Positions 21,164-32,600 of a stretch of 64,000 nt of DNA are shown here, in pieces. Positions within the stretch are counted from its first letter, which is position 1, and every line of letters begins with the position of its first letter. Source of the stretch: Flavobacteriales bacterium (lineage in GTDB: Bacteria > Bacteroidota > Bacteroidia > Flavobacteriales > BACL11); NCBI GenBank assembly GCA_002712715.1, contig PAUF01000007.1, positions 310,403 to 374,402 of the forward strand. Direction: 5' to 3'. A model generated the notes under the pieces. The model was not told the origin of the DNA, made no database searches, and saw only the letters and a list, made by a program, of their open reading frames with translations. A program made the translations under genes and the position numbers.

Positions 21164-21713
21164 TTTGCCTCATTTTTTTATTCCAAGAGAAATATCCGAA
21201 AATAGCAATGATTGTAAAAATAATGAATTGAGACGCTGCTACATAAGAGGATATCGAGAAACAAAGATAACATAGTAAAATATCTAATAAAATCCAGTAA
21301 AGCCAATTTTCCAGAATTTTTTTAGTAACCATAATAGTTGCAAATAAAGAGAAAATTGTAATCAAGGCGTCTAAGGATGGATGAGCGGAATTAGTATATT
21401 CAGAAAAAATAAATCCTAATATTAAGGATAGTATTGATCCTAGGAAAATTATCAATAAATGAACCCATATAGGCCATTCTTTAATTTTTGTTTTATCAGG
21501 TTTTTTCCACATAAAAAATCCATAGACTGACATAATTAAATAAAAAAATTGAAGAGCAAATTGTCCGTAAAGATCCCCATGTAGAAATATAAACATATAA
21601 AGAATGACGCTAATTAGTCCAAACAGCCAGCACCAAATCTTTTCTAAAGAAGCTAGTATAATGTACAAAAGCCCAAACACAACGGCTAATATTTCAATTA
21701 TCAAAATTGTCAA
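21156..21713 (-). CDS. pnuC: nicotinamide riboside transporter PnuC
   Basis: 185 aa with multiple TM helices and Trp-rich PnuC-like motifs (CWLFGLISV, FMWKK, WLYW). Coupled to the NadR-like kinase. Confidence 0.8.
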   Translation of the reverse strand: MTILIIEILAVVFGLLYIILASLEKIWCWLFGLISVILYMFIFLHGDLYGQFALQFFYLIMSVYGFFMWKKPDKTKIKEWPIWVHLLIIFLGSILSLILGFIFSEYTNSAHPSLDALITIFSLFATIMVTKKILENWLYWILLDILLCYLCFSISSYVAASQFIIFTIIAIFGYFSWNKKMRQNV

Positions 21714-21756
21714 AAAAATATGTATTTATAAATTATTTCAAAAATACAAAATTGTA

Positions 21757-21764
21757 TAAGTTTG
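21757..21764 (+). promoter_or_regulatory. Bacteroidota -7 box TAAGTTTG upstream of the ChaN-like gene
   Basis: Perfect TAnnTTTG, 17 nt upstream of the ATG at 21781. Confidence 0.45.
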
Positions 21765-21780
21765 CATAGAATATATTTTT

Positions 21781-22635
21781 ATGAAGAATTTTTTATGTTT
21801 GTTATTCATTTGGATTTTTTGTGATTCTTTTTCTCAGGATCAGGCATTTCAGATCTATGATGATGTTGGCGAAAAAATCTCCTATAACTTTCTTGTAAAG
21901 AAGTCATCAAAGGCTGATGTAGTTTTTTTTGGTGAAAATCACAATGATCCAATTTCTCATTGGCTGCAATTTGAATTAACTAAAAGTTTATTTAATAAGC
22001 ACAAAACTAAGCTTATGTTAGGAGCTGAAATGATCGAGTCAGATAATCAGATTCAATTAAATGAGTATTTGAGAGGGTTTATTAGAGAGAAGGATTTTGA
22101 AAAAGAATCTAAGTTGTGGACTAATTATAAAACTGATTACAAACCTTTAGTTAATTTCGCTAAGGAAAATAACTTACATTTTGTTGCTACAAATGTACCA
22201 CGACGTTTTGCTAGTATGGTGTATAGGTTTGGTATTGATACATTAACTTATTTACCATTGGAGTCTAAGCAGTTCATCTCGCCTCTCCCAATCTTATATG
22301 ATACCTCATTACGTTGTTATAAAGAGATATCCGCTATGGCGGCAGGTCATGGTGGTGATAATTTCCCTAAATCACAGGCAATCAAGGATGCTACAATGGC
22401 ATATTTTATTCATAAAAATATGAGTAAAAAGACAAAATTTCTTCATTATAATGGTTCTTATCATTCAAGATTTAATGAGTCGATTGTTTGGTATTTGAAA
22501 CAGTTAGATAATACGTTGAAGGTAGTCACTATAGAAGTGGTAGAACAGTCTGATATTGATGATTTTAATAAAGATATAATAGGAAATGCTGACTTTTTTA
22601 TTGTTGTTGATGAGGATATGTGTAAGACGCATTAA
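21781..22635 (+). CDS. ChaN-family (haem-binding uptake, PF04187-like) secreted protein
   Basis: Signal peptide. VVFFGENHNDPISHW and the later ATNVPRRFA motif are typical of the ChaN/Cofac_haem_bdg family. Confidence 0.7.
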   Translation: MKNFLCLLFIWIFCDSFSQDQAFQIYDDVGEKISYNFLVKKSSKADVVFFGENHNDPISHWLQFELTKSLFNKHKTKLMLGAEMIESDNQIQLNEYLRGFIREKDFEKESKLWTNYKTDYKPLVNFAKENNLHFVATNVPRRFASMVYRFGIDTLTYLPLESKQFISPLPILYDTSLRCYKEISAMAAGHGGDNFPKSQAIKDATMAYFIHKNMSKKTKFLHYNGSYHSRFNESIVWYLKQLDNTLKVVTIEVVEQSDIDDFNKDIIGNADFFIVVDEDMCKTH

Positions 22636-22662
22636 TTGAGTTCGTATATTATTTTAGTGAAT

Positions 22663-22699
22663 ATTCTTAATTATTTTTTTAAAAAATTATATTAAGAAT
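22663..22699. terminator. AT-rich inverted repeat between convergent genes (possible bidirectional terminator)
   Basis: attcttaat ... attaagaat is a 9-bp perfect inverted repeat flanking a T-run/A-run centre. The stem is weak and AT-only. Confidence 0.35.
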
Positions 22700-22708
22700 T
22701 TTAATTTC

Positions 22709-23434
22709 TTAATGTTTTAAGATCTTAGTTATTAATACGGGTTCTTTTTCTATTTCATTTCCCATCACTATAATATCAGCTCCTGCCGCAAATTTTTCTT
22801 GAACTTCCTCAGCTGATGTTATGCCTCCACCGACAATCAAAGGAATTTCTATGTTTTTAGAGACTGACTTAATCATTTCATTAGAGATGGTTTTTCTTGC
22901 TCCACTACCAGCGTCCATATAGATCATTTTTAGCCCTAGCATTTCTCCAGCAATCGCAGTGGCGGTAGCAATATCATTTTTGTCATATGGTATCGGGACT
23001 GTATTGCTGATATAGCTGGCTGATGTTGCTTTCCCACTTTCTATAAGCATATATCCAGTTGGAATTATTTCAAGATTTGATTTTTTGAGAAATGGAGCTG
23101 CTAATACATGATTTCCAATTAGCATTTCAGGGTTTCTTCCGGAAATTAGAGACAATAATAGAATGCCATCGGCTTTGTTATTTAATTGCATGGTATTGCC
23201 AGGAAATATTAAAACAGGTATTTTCGAATGCTGTTTGATAGATAAGATAAATTCTTCAATATTATTCTTGGAGATTAAGCTGCCTCCAATTAAAATCAAT
23301 CCAACATTCCCCTGGTTTGATAATCTAATAATTTCCATTAAACTACTCATGTTTTGTTTGTCTGGATCTATCAGCACAGCGAAGATTTTTTTTCTTTGCT
23401 CTATCGTTTCTAAGATTTTTTTGTATAATTTCAT
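22709..23434 (-). CDS. geranylgeranylglyceryl phosphate synthase family protein (PcrB/GGGPS-like)
   Basis: The FAVLIDPDK start of the TIM barrel and the GGGITSAEEV phosphate-binding motif. The ATG at 23434 (MKLYKKILE) is preferred because it sits 1 nt after the upstream stop. Confidence 0.8.
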   Translation of the reverse strand: MKLYKKILETIEQRKKIFAVLIDPDKQNMSSLMEIIRLSNQGNVGLILIGGSLISKNNIEEFILSIKQHSKIPVLIFPGNTMQLNNKADGILLLSLISGRNPEMLIGNHVLAAPFLKKSNLEIIPTGYMLIESGKATSASYISNTVPIPYDKNDIATATAIAGEMLGLKMIYMDAGSGARKTISNEMIKSVSKNIEIPLIVGGGITSAEEVQEKFAAGADIIVMGNEIEKEPVLITKILKH

Positions 23435-23435
23435 T

Positions 23436-24017
23436 TCATTGACAAACATAAGATAAATACTGATTTTCAATTTTTAAATAGCTACATTCTACTAATTCAT
23501 TTTTAAATTTAACAGGAATTTTTCCTGAGTTTTTTAATGTAAATTGTAGGACCACAATATCTTTTTTAAAATTAATTCCATCACATCTTCTCCATTTAAA
23601 TATTGCTTCTTTAATAGTCCATAATAAGCAAGCTTTTTCTTCTGATAAGTCATGAAGGTGATGTCTATTGATAAATTTCGAAGATACATTCATTGGTTTT
23701 TTGTTAATTTTTTGAATGTCAATACCTGTTGGTTTTTTACTTAAAATGAGACTTGTTAAATTATCACAATGAGAGATAGATATATGCATATTTTTATTTA
23801 CAATAGGAGCTCCTTTTTCATTATATGTTACCTCCATTAGAGGATTCATGTGTTTTAAGAGAATACGAGTAGATAAATATTCTTTTTTTCTTTTTTCAAG
23901 TTTCAGATGAGAATCGTCTAAATTTTTTGATAGTTGTCGCAAATGACTTATAGATTGATCAGATTTCCATATTCCAAAATGGAAATTATTAGTTTTTTTC
24001 TCAAGTAAAATGCTCAT
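23436..24017 (-). CDS. 4'-phosphopantetheinyl transferase (Sfp-type)
   Basis: ISISHC and WTIKEAIFKW motifs of the PPTase superfamily. Length is 193 aa. Confidence 0.8.
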   Translation of the reverse strand: MSILLEKKTNNFHFGIWKSDQSISHLRQLSKNLDDSHLKLEKRKKEYLSTRILLKHMNPLMEVTYNEKGAPIVNKNMHISISHCDNLTSLILSKKPTGIDIQKINKKPMNVSSKFINRHHLHDLSEEKACLLWTIKEAIFKWRRCDGINFKKDIVVLQFTLKNSGKIPVKFKNELVECSYLKIENQYLSYVCQ

Positions 24018-24064
24018 AGTAAAATTCTAAATATTTGCTTGATAGCTAAAGTAATAATAATGTA

Positions 24065-24072
24065 TATATTTG
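24065..24072 (+). promoter_or_regulatory. Bacteroidota -7 box TATATTTG upstream of ahcY
   Basis: Perfect TAnnTTTG, 23 nt upstream of the ATG at 24095. Confidence 0.5.
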
Positions 24073-24094
24073 CAGTCCTAAAATTATATAACTA

Positions 24095-25402
24095 ATGGAA
24101 ACTAATACTATGAATTATAAAGTTAAAGATATATCCTTAGCGGAGTGGGGAAGAAAAGAAATCCAATTAGCTGAGTCTGAAATGCCGGGTCTTATGTCTC
24201 TGCGTGAGGAGTATGGTGATAGTAAACCTCTATCTGGAGCAAGAATAGCAGGATGTTTACACATGACTATTCAAACAGCTGTTTTAATAGAAACTTTGGT
24301 TTGCTTGGGTGCGGAGGTGACTTGGTCCTCATGTAATATTTTTTCTACTCAGGATCAGGCAGCTGCGGCGATAGCAGCCGCTGGAATTCCCGTATATGCC
24401 TGGAAAGGAATGTCAGAAGAAGAATTTGATTGGTGTATTTTACAAACATTAACTGCTTTTGAGGACGGCAAACCTTTAAATATGATTCTAGATGATGGAG
24501 GTGATTTGACAAATATGGTTTTAGATAGGTTTCCTGAAATGGTAAATGACATTAAAGGTCTTTCAGAGGAAACCACTACAGGTGTTCATAGACTTTATGA
24601 AAGAATGAATAATGGCTTATTGCCTCTTCCTGCGATTAATGTCAATGATTCTGTAACTAAATCAAAATTTGATAACAAATATGGATGTAAAGAATCGTGT
24701 GTGGATGCTATTAGAAGAGCTACTGATATAATGATGGCGGGTAAGGTTGCTGTAGTAGCTGGTTATGGAGATGTAGGTAAGGGATCTGCAGCTTCGCTTA
24801 GAGGAGCGGGAGCGAGAGTAATTGTTACAGAGATTGATCCTATATGTGCTCTACAGGCAGCTATGGACGGTTTTGCTGTTAAGAAATTGATTAACGTGTG
24901 TGACCAAGCGGATATTATAGTGACAACAACTGGAAACAAAGATATAGTGCAAGGTCATCATTTTGAAAAAATGAAAGACAATACTATTGTTTGTAATATT
25001 GGCCATTTTGATAATGAAATAGATGTAGCTTGGTTGAATGATAATTGGGGGCATACGAAGGATGAGATCAAGCCTCAGGTTGATCTATACAATTTAGATG
25101 GAAATAGGATAATTTTGCTTGCTGAAGGAAGATTGGTAAACTTAGGATGTGCCACAGGTCATCCTTCCTTTGTGATGTCTAATTCTTTTACAAATCAAAC
25201 CTTAGCTCAAATTGAGATCTGGAAGAATTCAGATAAATATGAAAATAAGGTTTATATGTTGCCAAAACATTTAGATGAGAAGGTAGCTAGATTGCATTTG
25301 CAAAAAATTGGAGTCGAATTAGAAACCTTAAGAAAGGATCAGGCTGATTATATTGGAGTTAAAATTGAAGGTCCATTTAAACCAGAGTACTATAGATATT
25401 AA
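24095..25402 (+). CDS. ahcY: adenosylhomocysteinase
   Basis: [29 protein letters not shown] loop and HFDNEID motifs. Confidence 0.97.
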   Translation: METNTMNYKVKDISLAEWGRKEIQLAESEMPGLMSLREEYGDSKPLSGARIAGCLHMTIQTAVLIETLVCLGAEVTWSSCNIFSTQDQAAAAIAAAGIPVYAWKGMSEEEFDWCILQTLTAFEDGKPLNMILDDGGDLTNMVLDRFPEMVNDIKGLSEETTTGVHRLYERMNNGLLPLPAINVNDSVTKSKFDNKYGCKESCVDAIRRATDIMMAGKVAVVAGYGDVGKGSAASLRGAGARVIVTEIDPICALQAAMDGFAVKKLINVCDQADIIVTTTGNKDIVQGHHFEKMKDNTIVCNIGHFDNEIDVAWLNDNWGHTKDEIKPQVDLYNLDGNRIILLAEGRLVNLGCATGHPSFVMSNSFTNQTLAQIEIWKNSDKYENKVYMLPKHLDEKVARLHLQKIGVELETLRKDQADYIGVKIEGPFKPEYYRY

Positions 25403-25812
25403 TTCGAAATTCTTAATTTGTTTCCTGAAAGAGAGGTGTGATATTCTTTAAGTGGAAGTAAGGCAGATCCATCTGTTGGGTATCCACTCTGATTGATTAA
25501 GAATTTAGAGTCGCAGCAGTCGCAAAATGCTATTGTAGCGTTGATTGAGTCAATGGTAGAGCATATTTCTGATGGTTGATAGCTGCAGTTTCTGTCATAA
25601 GCCTTATATTCATTAACATTAGAGTGATATATGATAATACCTCTTACCCCTCCAGTGACGAACATGCTGTTTCCAATGGTATTTATTTCTTCGAATTCAG
25701 GTTGATTTAATGGAATTTCAATATCTACATAGACATTTCTAATAAAGTCGTTCTTATCAGAGCATGAAAATGCAATAAGAAAAAAACTGCAAATAAAAAT
25801 ATGTTTTTTCAT
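25399..25812 (-). CDS. lipoprotein with degenerate Rieske-like fold (His ligands absent)
   Basis: Lipobox AFSCSD. NCSYQP...FCDCCDSKF occupies the position of CxH...CxxH, and the C-terminal ...[10 protein letters not shown] resembles a Rieske ferredoxin tail. Confidence 0.5.
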   Translation of the reverse strand: MKKHIFICSFFLIAFSCSDKNDFIRNVYVDIEIPLNQPEFEEINTIGNSMFVTGGVRGIIIYHSNVNEYKAYDRNCSYQPSEICSTIDSINATIAFCDCCDSKFLINQSGYPTDGSALLPLKEYHTSLSGNKLRISN

Positions 25813-25918
25813 GTAACAAAATTAATAATAAATATAATAATGTCTTTCTTAATGTTGGATACGAACATAAAAGTTATTATCTTTACCGCTTTCGTGATAG
25901 TGTAAATACAAATTTTAT

Positions 25919-28900
25919 ATGAAAAGAATATATTTAGTAACGATTATTTTGTTTGCTTCAATACTCACATTTAGTCAAACCGGAACGTTAAAAGGTGTAA
26001 TTACTGATAGGGTTACAGGAGATCCTGTAGAATTCGCCAATGTAGTAATTATGAAGAATGGTGTCCAAAAAGGAGGGACCTCTACGGGTTTAGATGGTAG
26101 TTTTACAATTAAACCTATAGATCCAGGAACCTACACTGTAAAAGCTTCGTTTACAGGATACACTACTTTTAGTTTAGAAGGAGTTATTGTTTCTGCTAAT
26201 AAAATAACATATTTATCTGGAGATAATGCTATTAAAATGACTGAAGGAGTTTTGGTAGACGAGATAGAAGTTAAGGGGTTTACAAAACCATTAATTGACC
26301 AAGATAATTTGTCTGGGGAAACTAAAACTTCAGAGGAAATTGTTGCTCTTCCTACAAAGAGTATAAGTTCTATAGCTTCAACAACAGCTGGTATATATCA
26401 AAAAGATGAGGGGGACGCTGTTAATGTAAGGGGTTCTAGAACTGACGCGACTTCCTACGTTGTTGATGGTATTAAGGTTAGAGGAACGCTAGGGGTTCCT
26501 ACCTCTGCTATTGAACAAATAACAGTTGTTACTGGTGGTTTGCCAGCTAAATATGGAGATGCTACTGGAGGTATTATTGAAGTTACAACGAAGGGTCCAT
26601 CTAATAAGTTTTATGGTGGGTTTGAATATGAATCATCAAGAATATTTGATAAATATAATTATGATTTATTAGGACTTGCTATTTCAGGACCAATCTTAAA
26701 GAAAACTAATTCAGATGGTACAAAAGGAAATTCAATCATAGGGTTTTTTGTTTCTGGAGAGTTGAGGATGGCTGATGATTTAGATCCATCTGCAATCGGA
26801 GTATGGAAAGTTAAAGATAATATTTTAGCTGATTTAAAATCTACCCCATTTGTAATCGCTCCGAATGCAGCTGCTGGTTTTTTAAGTACTTCTGATTTCC
26901 TTACCGAAAATGATTTTGAAAATGTCCAGGCAAAACAGAATATGCAACATATGCGGTATAATTTAGCAGCTAAGCTTGATATTAAACCAGCGAATAATAC
27001 TTTTCTTTCTTTGGGAGGTACTGCTTACAACAGTGATTATAGAAACTATAGTTATTGGAGATCAATGTTTAGTTCGTATAACAATAGTAATTCAACCCAA
27101 GAAACTTGGAGAGGATTTGCTAAGTTGACTCAGAAGTTTGGTGATGAAGAGTCAAATAGTGAAAAGAGCGCTAACTTAATAAAGAACGCTTTCGTGACAG
27201 CTCAGTTTGATTACACAAGTAATGTATACAAAACATTCGACGCTAATCATGAATACAATATTTTTGATTATGGTCATGTAGGTAAATTTACTACTTACAA
27301 GACTCCGGTTTACGGTAATGGATTCGCTGTTGATTCTAGTACGGGTACTATTTACACTGGAAGAATTTTAAACGGATGGAGAGATACTCTATATACCTTT
27401 GATGGATCAACAACTCATAATCCAGATGCTGCACAGTATACACAATCTTATTATGATATTTTTAATGAGTACGGCATGTCTTCTCAATATATTCCTGGAT
27501 ATGGGGCGGATGGAATTGTAAGAACACAGTTTGATTTACAGGGTCAGGGATTAAGAAATGGTGAGTCTCCATCATCAGTATACTCTCTTTTTGGTAATTG
27601 GGGGACTCAGTATACTGGGGCAAATAAACAGAAGAATATTCAATCAACATTTAAGTTTTCAGCATCAGCTGATGTTGGTTCTCATGAGATTTCAGCTGGT
27701 TTCGAAAGAGAAGAAAGAGTTGATTCCTATTGGGGAGTTGGAGCAAATGGTTTATGGGGGCTTATGAGGCAGCTTACTAATAAGCATATTCTTGAAAGAG
27801 ACTTAAGTAACCCTCTACCTGTTTTTGATGATTTAACTGGCGTATATCAAGATACAGTAAATTTTGACCGATTATATATTGCTAATGAACAATCTGTATT
27901 TGATAGGAATTTGAGAAACTCTCTTTTCGGTAGTTATACTGGCACGCAATTTATCGATATAGACTCATACGATCCCTCTACATTTGATTTAGAAATGTTT
28001 AGTGTTAACGAACTTTTAAATGGAGGTAATAATTATGTTTATTACTTTGGTTATGATGCATATGGTAACAAGTTAAGCTCATCTACAAATACTTCTTTAG
28101 AGTCATATTTTGGTTTAAGAGACGCTCAAGGAAATTTAATTAATTCTTCTGGTCAATTAATATCCGAAAATGATTTGAGTAGAAGTATTGGTGCCTTTAA
28201 TCCAATTTATACCGCTGGATATATTCAAGATAAATTTGCTATCAATGATCTTTTATTTAACATAGGTATTAGAGTTGATAATTATGATGCAAATCAAATG
28301 GTTTTAAATGATAAGTACTTATTGTACAATCCATCTTTAGCTGAAACAGATATAGCCTTGCAACTTGCTGGAGGTTCCCACCCATCGTCCATAGGTAATG
28401 ACTATGTAGTATATACAGATAATCTTACTAATCCTACTAAAGTTGTTGGATATAGGGATGGAGATAATTGGTATAATGCTCAAGGTATTCAGATTTCGGA
28501 CCCAACATTACTAGCTGAAGCAGCTGAAGGGCAAATATCTCCATTACTACTTGATCCAGATTTTGCAGATAAAGGTATCAAAACAGATGATGCATTTTCT
28601 GATTATCAACCAGAATTAGTTATTATGCCGAGGATTGCATTTTCTTTTCCAATCTCTGACGAGGCTCAATTTTTCGCACATTATGATGTTTTAACACAGA
28701 GGCCTCCACAATCTAACAGAATAGAACCGTTAGATTATTTGTATATGGAAGATAATGTAGGAGCATTATTAAATAATCCTGATCTCAAGCCAGAAAAAAC
28801 CGTTGATTATGAGTTAGGTTTTGCTAAGAAATTAACATTATCATCGGCTTTAAAATTATCCTTATTTTATAAGGAATTAAGGGACATGATACAAGTAACT

Positions 28901-29671
28901 AATGTGTTAGGAGCATATCCAGCCACATATATGATGTATCAAAATATTGATTTTGGAACAGTTAAAGGATTTTCGATTAATTATGATTTAAGAAGAACTG
29001 GTAGAGTTCAGATGACTTCTAATTATACTCTTCAGTTTGCTGATGGGACTGGATCCTCTGCTTCTTCAGGATATAGTTTGGTTAATACAGGCCAGCCTAA
29101 TTTAAGAACTACTATTCCTTTATCTTATGATCAAAGGCATGCACTTTCAGCTTCGGTAGACTATAGATATAAATCAGGCAATAAATACACTGGTCCGGTT
29201 GTGTTTGGATATAAGCTTCTTGAGGATGCTGGTGCGAATATAATGCTATCAGCAGGTTCAGGAACGCCATATAGCAGGCAGTCAAATATTACTCAAGAAG
29301 CAGCTGATGGAATTAATGATAGGTCTACACTTAGTGGAAGTATTAATGGATCTAGACTACCATGGCAATTTAGAGTAAATGCTAAATTTAATAAGAATTT
29401 TGAAATTAAATGGTCTGATAAAAAATCATCATACTTGAATGCGTATTTACAGATACAAAACCTTCTGGATGCGAGAAATATTATCAGTGTTTATAGGGCT
29501 ACAGGTAATCCAGAGGATGATGGGTATTTAACGGCGGAAGCCTCACAGAATGATATTTTGTCAAAAAATAGTCCAGAGTCATTTATGTATTTATATTCAT
29601 TAGCTGTGAATAACCCGTCTCATTATAGTTTGCCAAGGACATTTCGTATTGGGATGTCTCTTACTTTTTAA
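25919..29671 (+). CDS. TonB-dependent-receptor-like outer-membrane protein with CarboxypepD_reg N-domain (1250 aa)
   Basis: Signal peptide. GTLKGVITD...DPGTYTVKASFTGY beta-sandwich. Plug-like NVRGSRTDATSYVVDG...GGIIEVTTKG. The long barrel ends FRIGMSLTF. Confidence 0.8.
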   Translation: MKRIYLVTIILFASILTFSQTGTLKGVITDRVTGDPVEFANVVIMKNGVQKGGTSTGLDGSFTIKPIDPGTYTVKASFTGYTTFSLEGVIVSANKITYLSGDNAIKMTEGVLVDEIEVKGFTKPLIDQDNLSGETKTSEEIVALPTKSISSIASTTAGIYQKDEGDAVNVRGSRTDATSYVVDGIKVRGTLGVPTSAIEQITVVTGGLPAKYGDATGGIIEVTTKGPSNKFYGGFEYESSRIFDKYNYDLLGLAISGPILKKTNSDGTKGNSIIGFFVSGELRMADDLDPSAIGVWKVKDNILADLKSTPFVIAPNAAAGFLSTSDFLTENDFENVQAKQNMQHMRYNLAAKLDIKPANNTFLSLGGTAYNSDYRNYSYWRSMFSSYNNSNSTQETWRGFAKLTQKFGDEESNSEKSANLIKNAFVTAQFDYTSNVYKTFDANHEYNIFDYGHVGKFTTYKTPVYGNGFAVDSSTGTIYTGRILNGWRDTLYTFDGSTTHNPDAAQYTQSYYDIFNEYGMSSQYIPGYGADGIVRTQFDLQGQGLRNGESPSSVYSLFGNWGTQYTGANKQKNIQSTFKFSASADVGSHEISAGFEREERVDSYWGVGANGLWGLMRQLTNKHILERDLSNPLPVFDDLTGVYQDTVNFDRLYIANEQSVFDRNLRNSLFGSYTGTQFIDIDSYDPSTFDLEMFSVNELLNGGNNYVYYFGYDAYGNKLSSSTNTSLESYFGLRDAQGNLINSSGQLISENDLSRSIGAFNPIYTAGYIQDKFAINDLLFNIGIRVDNYDANQMVLNDKYLLYNPSLAETDIALQLAGGSHPSSIGNDYVVYTDNLTNPTKVVGYRDGDNWYNAQGIQISDPTLLAEAAEGQISPLLLDPDFADKGIKTDDAFSDYQPELVIMPRIAFSFPISDEAQFFAHYDVLTQRPPQSNRIEPLDYLYMEDNVGALLNNPDLKPEKTVDYELGFAKKLTLSSALKLSLFYKELRDMIQVTNVLGAYPATYMMYQNIDFGTVKGFSINYDLRRTGRVQMTSNYTLQFADGTGSSASSGYSLVNTGQPNLRTTIPLSYDQRHALSASVDYRYKSGNKYTGPVVFGYKLLEDAGANIMLSAGSGTPYSRQSNITQEAADGINDRSTLSGSINGSRLPWQFRVNAKFNKNFEIKWSDKKSSYLNAYLQIQNLLDARNIISVYRATGNPEDDGYLTAEASQNDILSKNSPESFMYLYSLAVNNPSHYSLPRTFRIGMSLTF

Positions 29672-29683
29672 TATAATTAAATT

Positions 29684-32600
29684 ATGATATTTAAAAATAA
29701 ATCATTTAGAAATATGAATTTGAAAAACATATTATTATTAATTACAATTTTTACCTGTATTGCTGTTTTCTCCAAGGAAAATGTACCTAATCCAAATGCA
29801 TCTAATTCTGTAACATACTCTAAAATAGCTGCTGGTTGTGCTCCAGCTTCTTCTCAAACAGATTTAGATGTTAATAATGTAAGGGCTACAATTTTAGGTG
29901 GTGGCGATATGTGGTGGAATTTATCAGATGCTCAATATGAGATTCCAAAAGGTAGTGGTTTAAATTCATTGTTTGCTGGTTCACTATGGATTGGAGGAGT
30001 TGATGCTGGAGGACAGTTAAAAGTTGCAGCCATGACTTATAGGCAAGGTGGAAATGATTTTTGGCCTGGACCCCTAGACGTTGCTACAGCAACAATTACA
30101 GCAGATGAATGTGTTGAATGGGATAAACATTTCAAAATTAATAGATCTGAAGTTGAAGAACATGTTGCGAGAATTGGAATTGACCCTACTTATACCAGCG
30201 ATCAAATACCTGAGTCTATCACAAACTGGCCAGCTCATGGAGATCCTGGACAAGAACATTTCTTAGCTCCATTTTTTGATGTGAATGGAAATGGTCAGTA
30301 TGAACCTTATGACGGTGATTACCCTGATTATAATATTACTGGTGATAACGATAATGCTTCACTGTATGGCGACCAAACTTTATTCTGGATATTTAATGAT
30401 AAAGGAAATATTCATTCAGAAACTGAAGCTGATCCTATTGGTTTAGAAATTCATGCTCAGGCATTTGGATTTACTGCTGATAATGAAATTAACGATATGA
30501 CTTTTTATAATTATAAAATCATAAATCGTTCAACGTTACCTTTAACTGATGTCTATTTTGGTCAATGGGTAGACCCAGACTTAGGATATTATCTTGATGA
30601 TTATGTAGCTTGTGATGTGAATTTAGGGTTAGGGATTTGTTATAATGGTGACGCTGAAGATGAAGGGGCTCAAGGTTATGGTTTTAATCCCCCCGCTATA
30701 GGAGTGGATTTTTTTCAAGGCCCGTTAGCAGATGCAAATGATGGTATAGATAATGATAGAGATGGAGATATTGATGAGCCAGGTGAGCAGATCATTATGT
30801 CTAAATTTGTATATTATAATAATGACTTTACTGTAAGAGGGAATCCTGAAAATGGCACTCATATTTATAATTACCTTAGAGGTATTTGGAAAGATAATGT
30901 ACCGATGACTTATGGTGGAGATGGAAAAGGTTCAGGTCCTGGAGCTACATCTGATCTTTGTAATTTTATGTTCCCAGGAGTTTCAGATCCAGATTTTCCT
31001 AATCAAGAATGGTCTGAGGTCACTGCTAACAACCTTCCAGCTGATCGAAGATTTTTACAATCTGCTGGTCCATTTACTTTAGAACCAGGAGCTGTAAATA
31101 CTATTACAACAGGTGTTGTTTGGGCAAGAGCAAATGCTGGAGGAAATACTGCTTCAGTTGGCTTGGTAAAGGTTTATGACAGAGAGGCTCAGGCTCTGTT
31201 TGACAATAATTTTGATATTCTTAATGGTCCTGACGCTCCAGATTTGTCAATAAGAGAATTGGATCAAGAATTAATCGTTTCTTTAACAAATTCAGAATCT
31301 TCGAATAATTATCAACAAGGATATTCTGAAAAAGATCCTTATATAACACTTGCTTCTAATGTAGATAATCAAAACTATGAATTTCAAGGATATTTAGTTT
31401 ACCAACTAAAAGACGCTACTGTTTCAGTAACTGATCTTGATAATCCTGACAAGGCAAGGTTAGTTTTTAGAACAGATATTAAAGATGGAATTAAGGGTAT
31501 TGTTAATCAATATTTGGATCCTGTTATGAATGTTTACACCCCTGTAGAAGAAATCCCTGAGGTTATAGCTTCAGGTGTAGCTGGTTCAGTTGATGAGGGT
31601 ATTCAGTCTTCATTTAAAATTGTAGATGATAAGTTCGCTTTAGGAAGTCCAACTTTAGTTAATCATAAGACTTATTATTATATGTCATTAGCTTACGGAT
31701 TCAATTTAGCTGAAATTAATGCACATCCATATGATGTTAATAATCCATTGTATGATGGAAGAAATCAACCATATATAGCAGGTAGAAGGAATATTCAAAC
31801 ATATACTGCAATTCCTCATAAAGTTGATCCTGAAAATGGAGGCACTATACTGGGATCTAATTATGGTGATGGAGTTAAGATTACAAGGGTTGAAGGTACA
31901 GGAAATGGGGGTAATAACTTAAGTTTAATGGAGAGTACAGTTGATGAAATATTAGAAAATGGTAAATCTTTATTTCCTACATATAACAATGGAGAAGGCC
32001 CAATTACAATTTCAGTAGTTGATCCATTAAAAATAAAAGGGGAAGATTACACTGTAATCTTACAAGATCCTATAGAAACACAAAATATTGTTACATCTTA
32101 TGGTAGATGGAAAGTTTTAAATGGTACTCAGACGCTTATTAATTCTACTAAGTCGATAGATGTAGGTATTGAACACTTATTCCCAAATCATGGATTTTCT
32201 TTAAAACTTAATCAGGTTGATAATCCAACCATCAATCCTATATTAAATCCAAGTAATGGTTTGATTTCAGGATCTATTGAGTTCGATGATCCCTATGACA
32301 AATGGTTAACTGGTGTTCCAGATTACGATAATGAAGGGTTTGCTTATGGAATGAATTGGATTAGATCAGGCTCATATGATAATGAAGATGACGATAAATT
32401 AGATGATTATTTTCCTGATGAAGATCCTTCAGGAATATATGAGTCTGCAGTTGTTGAAACAGCAACTATTTTTGGTGGTTTTGAAATAACCGGAGCGACT
32501 TGGGCTCCTTATAGATTTGCATCTCATTTTAATAGTGGCCCAGCTCAACCATACTATACGTCTTTCCCATACTCTAGTGCTCAAACGTTAACTTCGGTAG

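Noticed and set aside
23163-23456. 97-aa plus-strand ORF
   Set aside because: It is antisense within the GGGPS-like gene and has no independent support.
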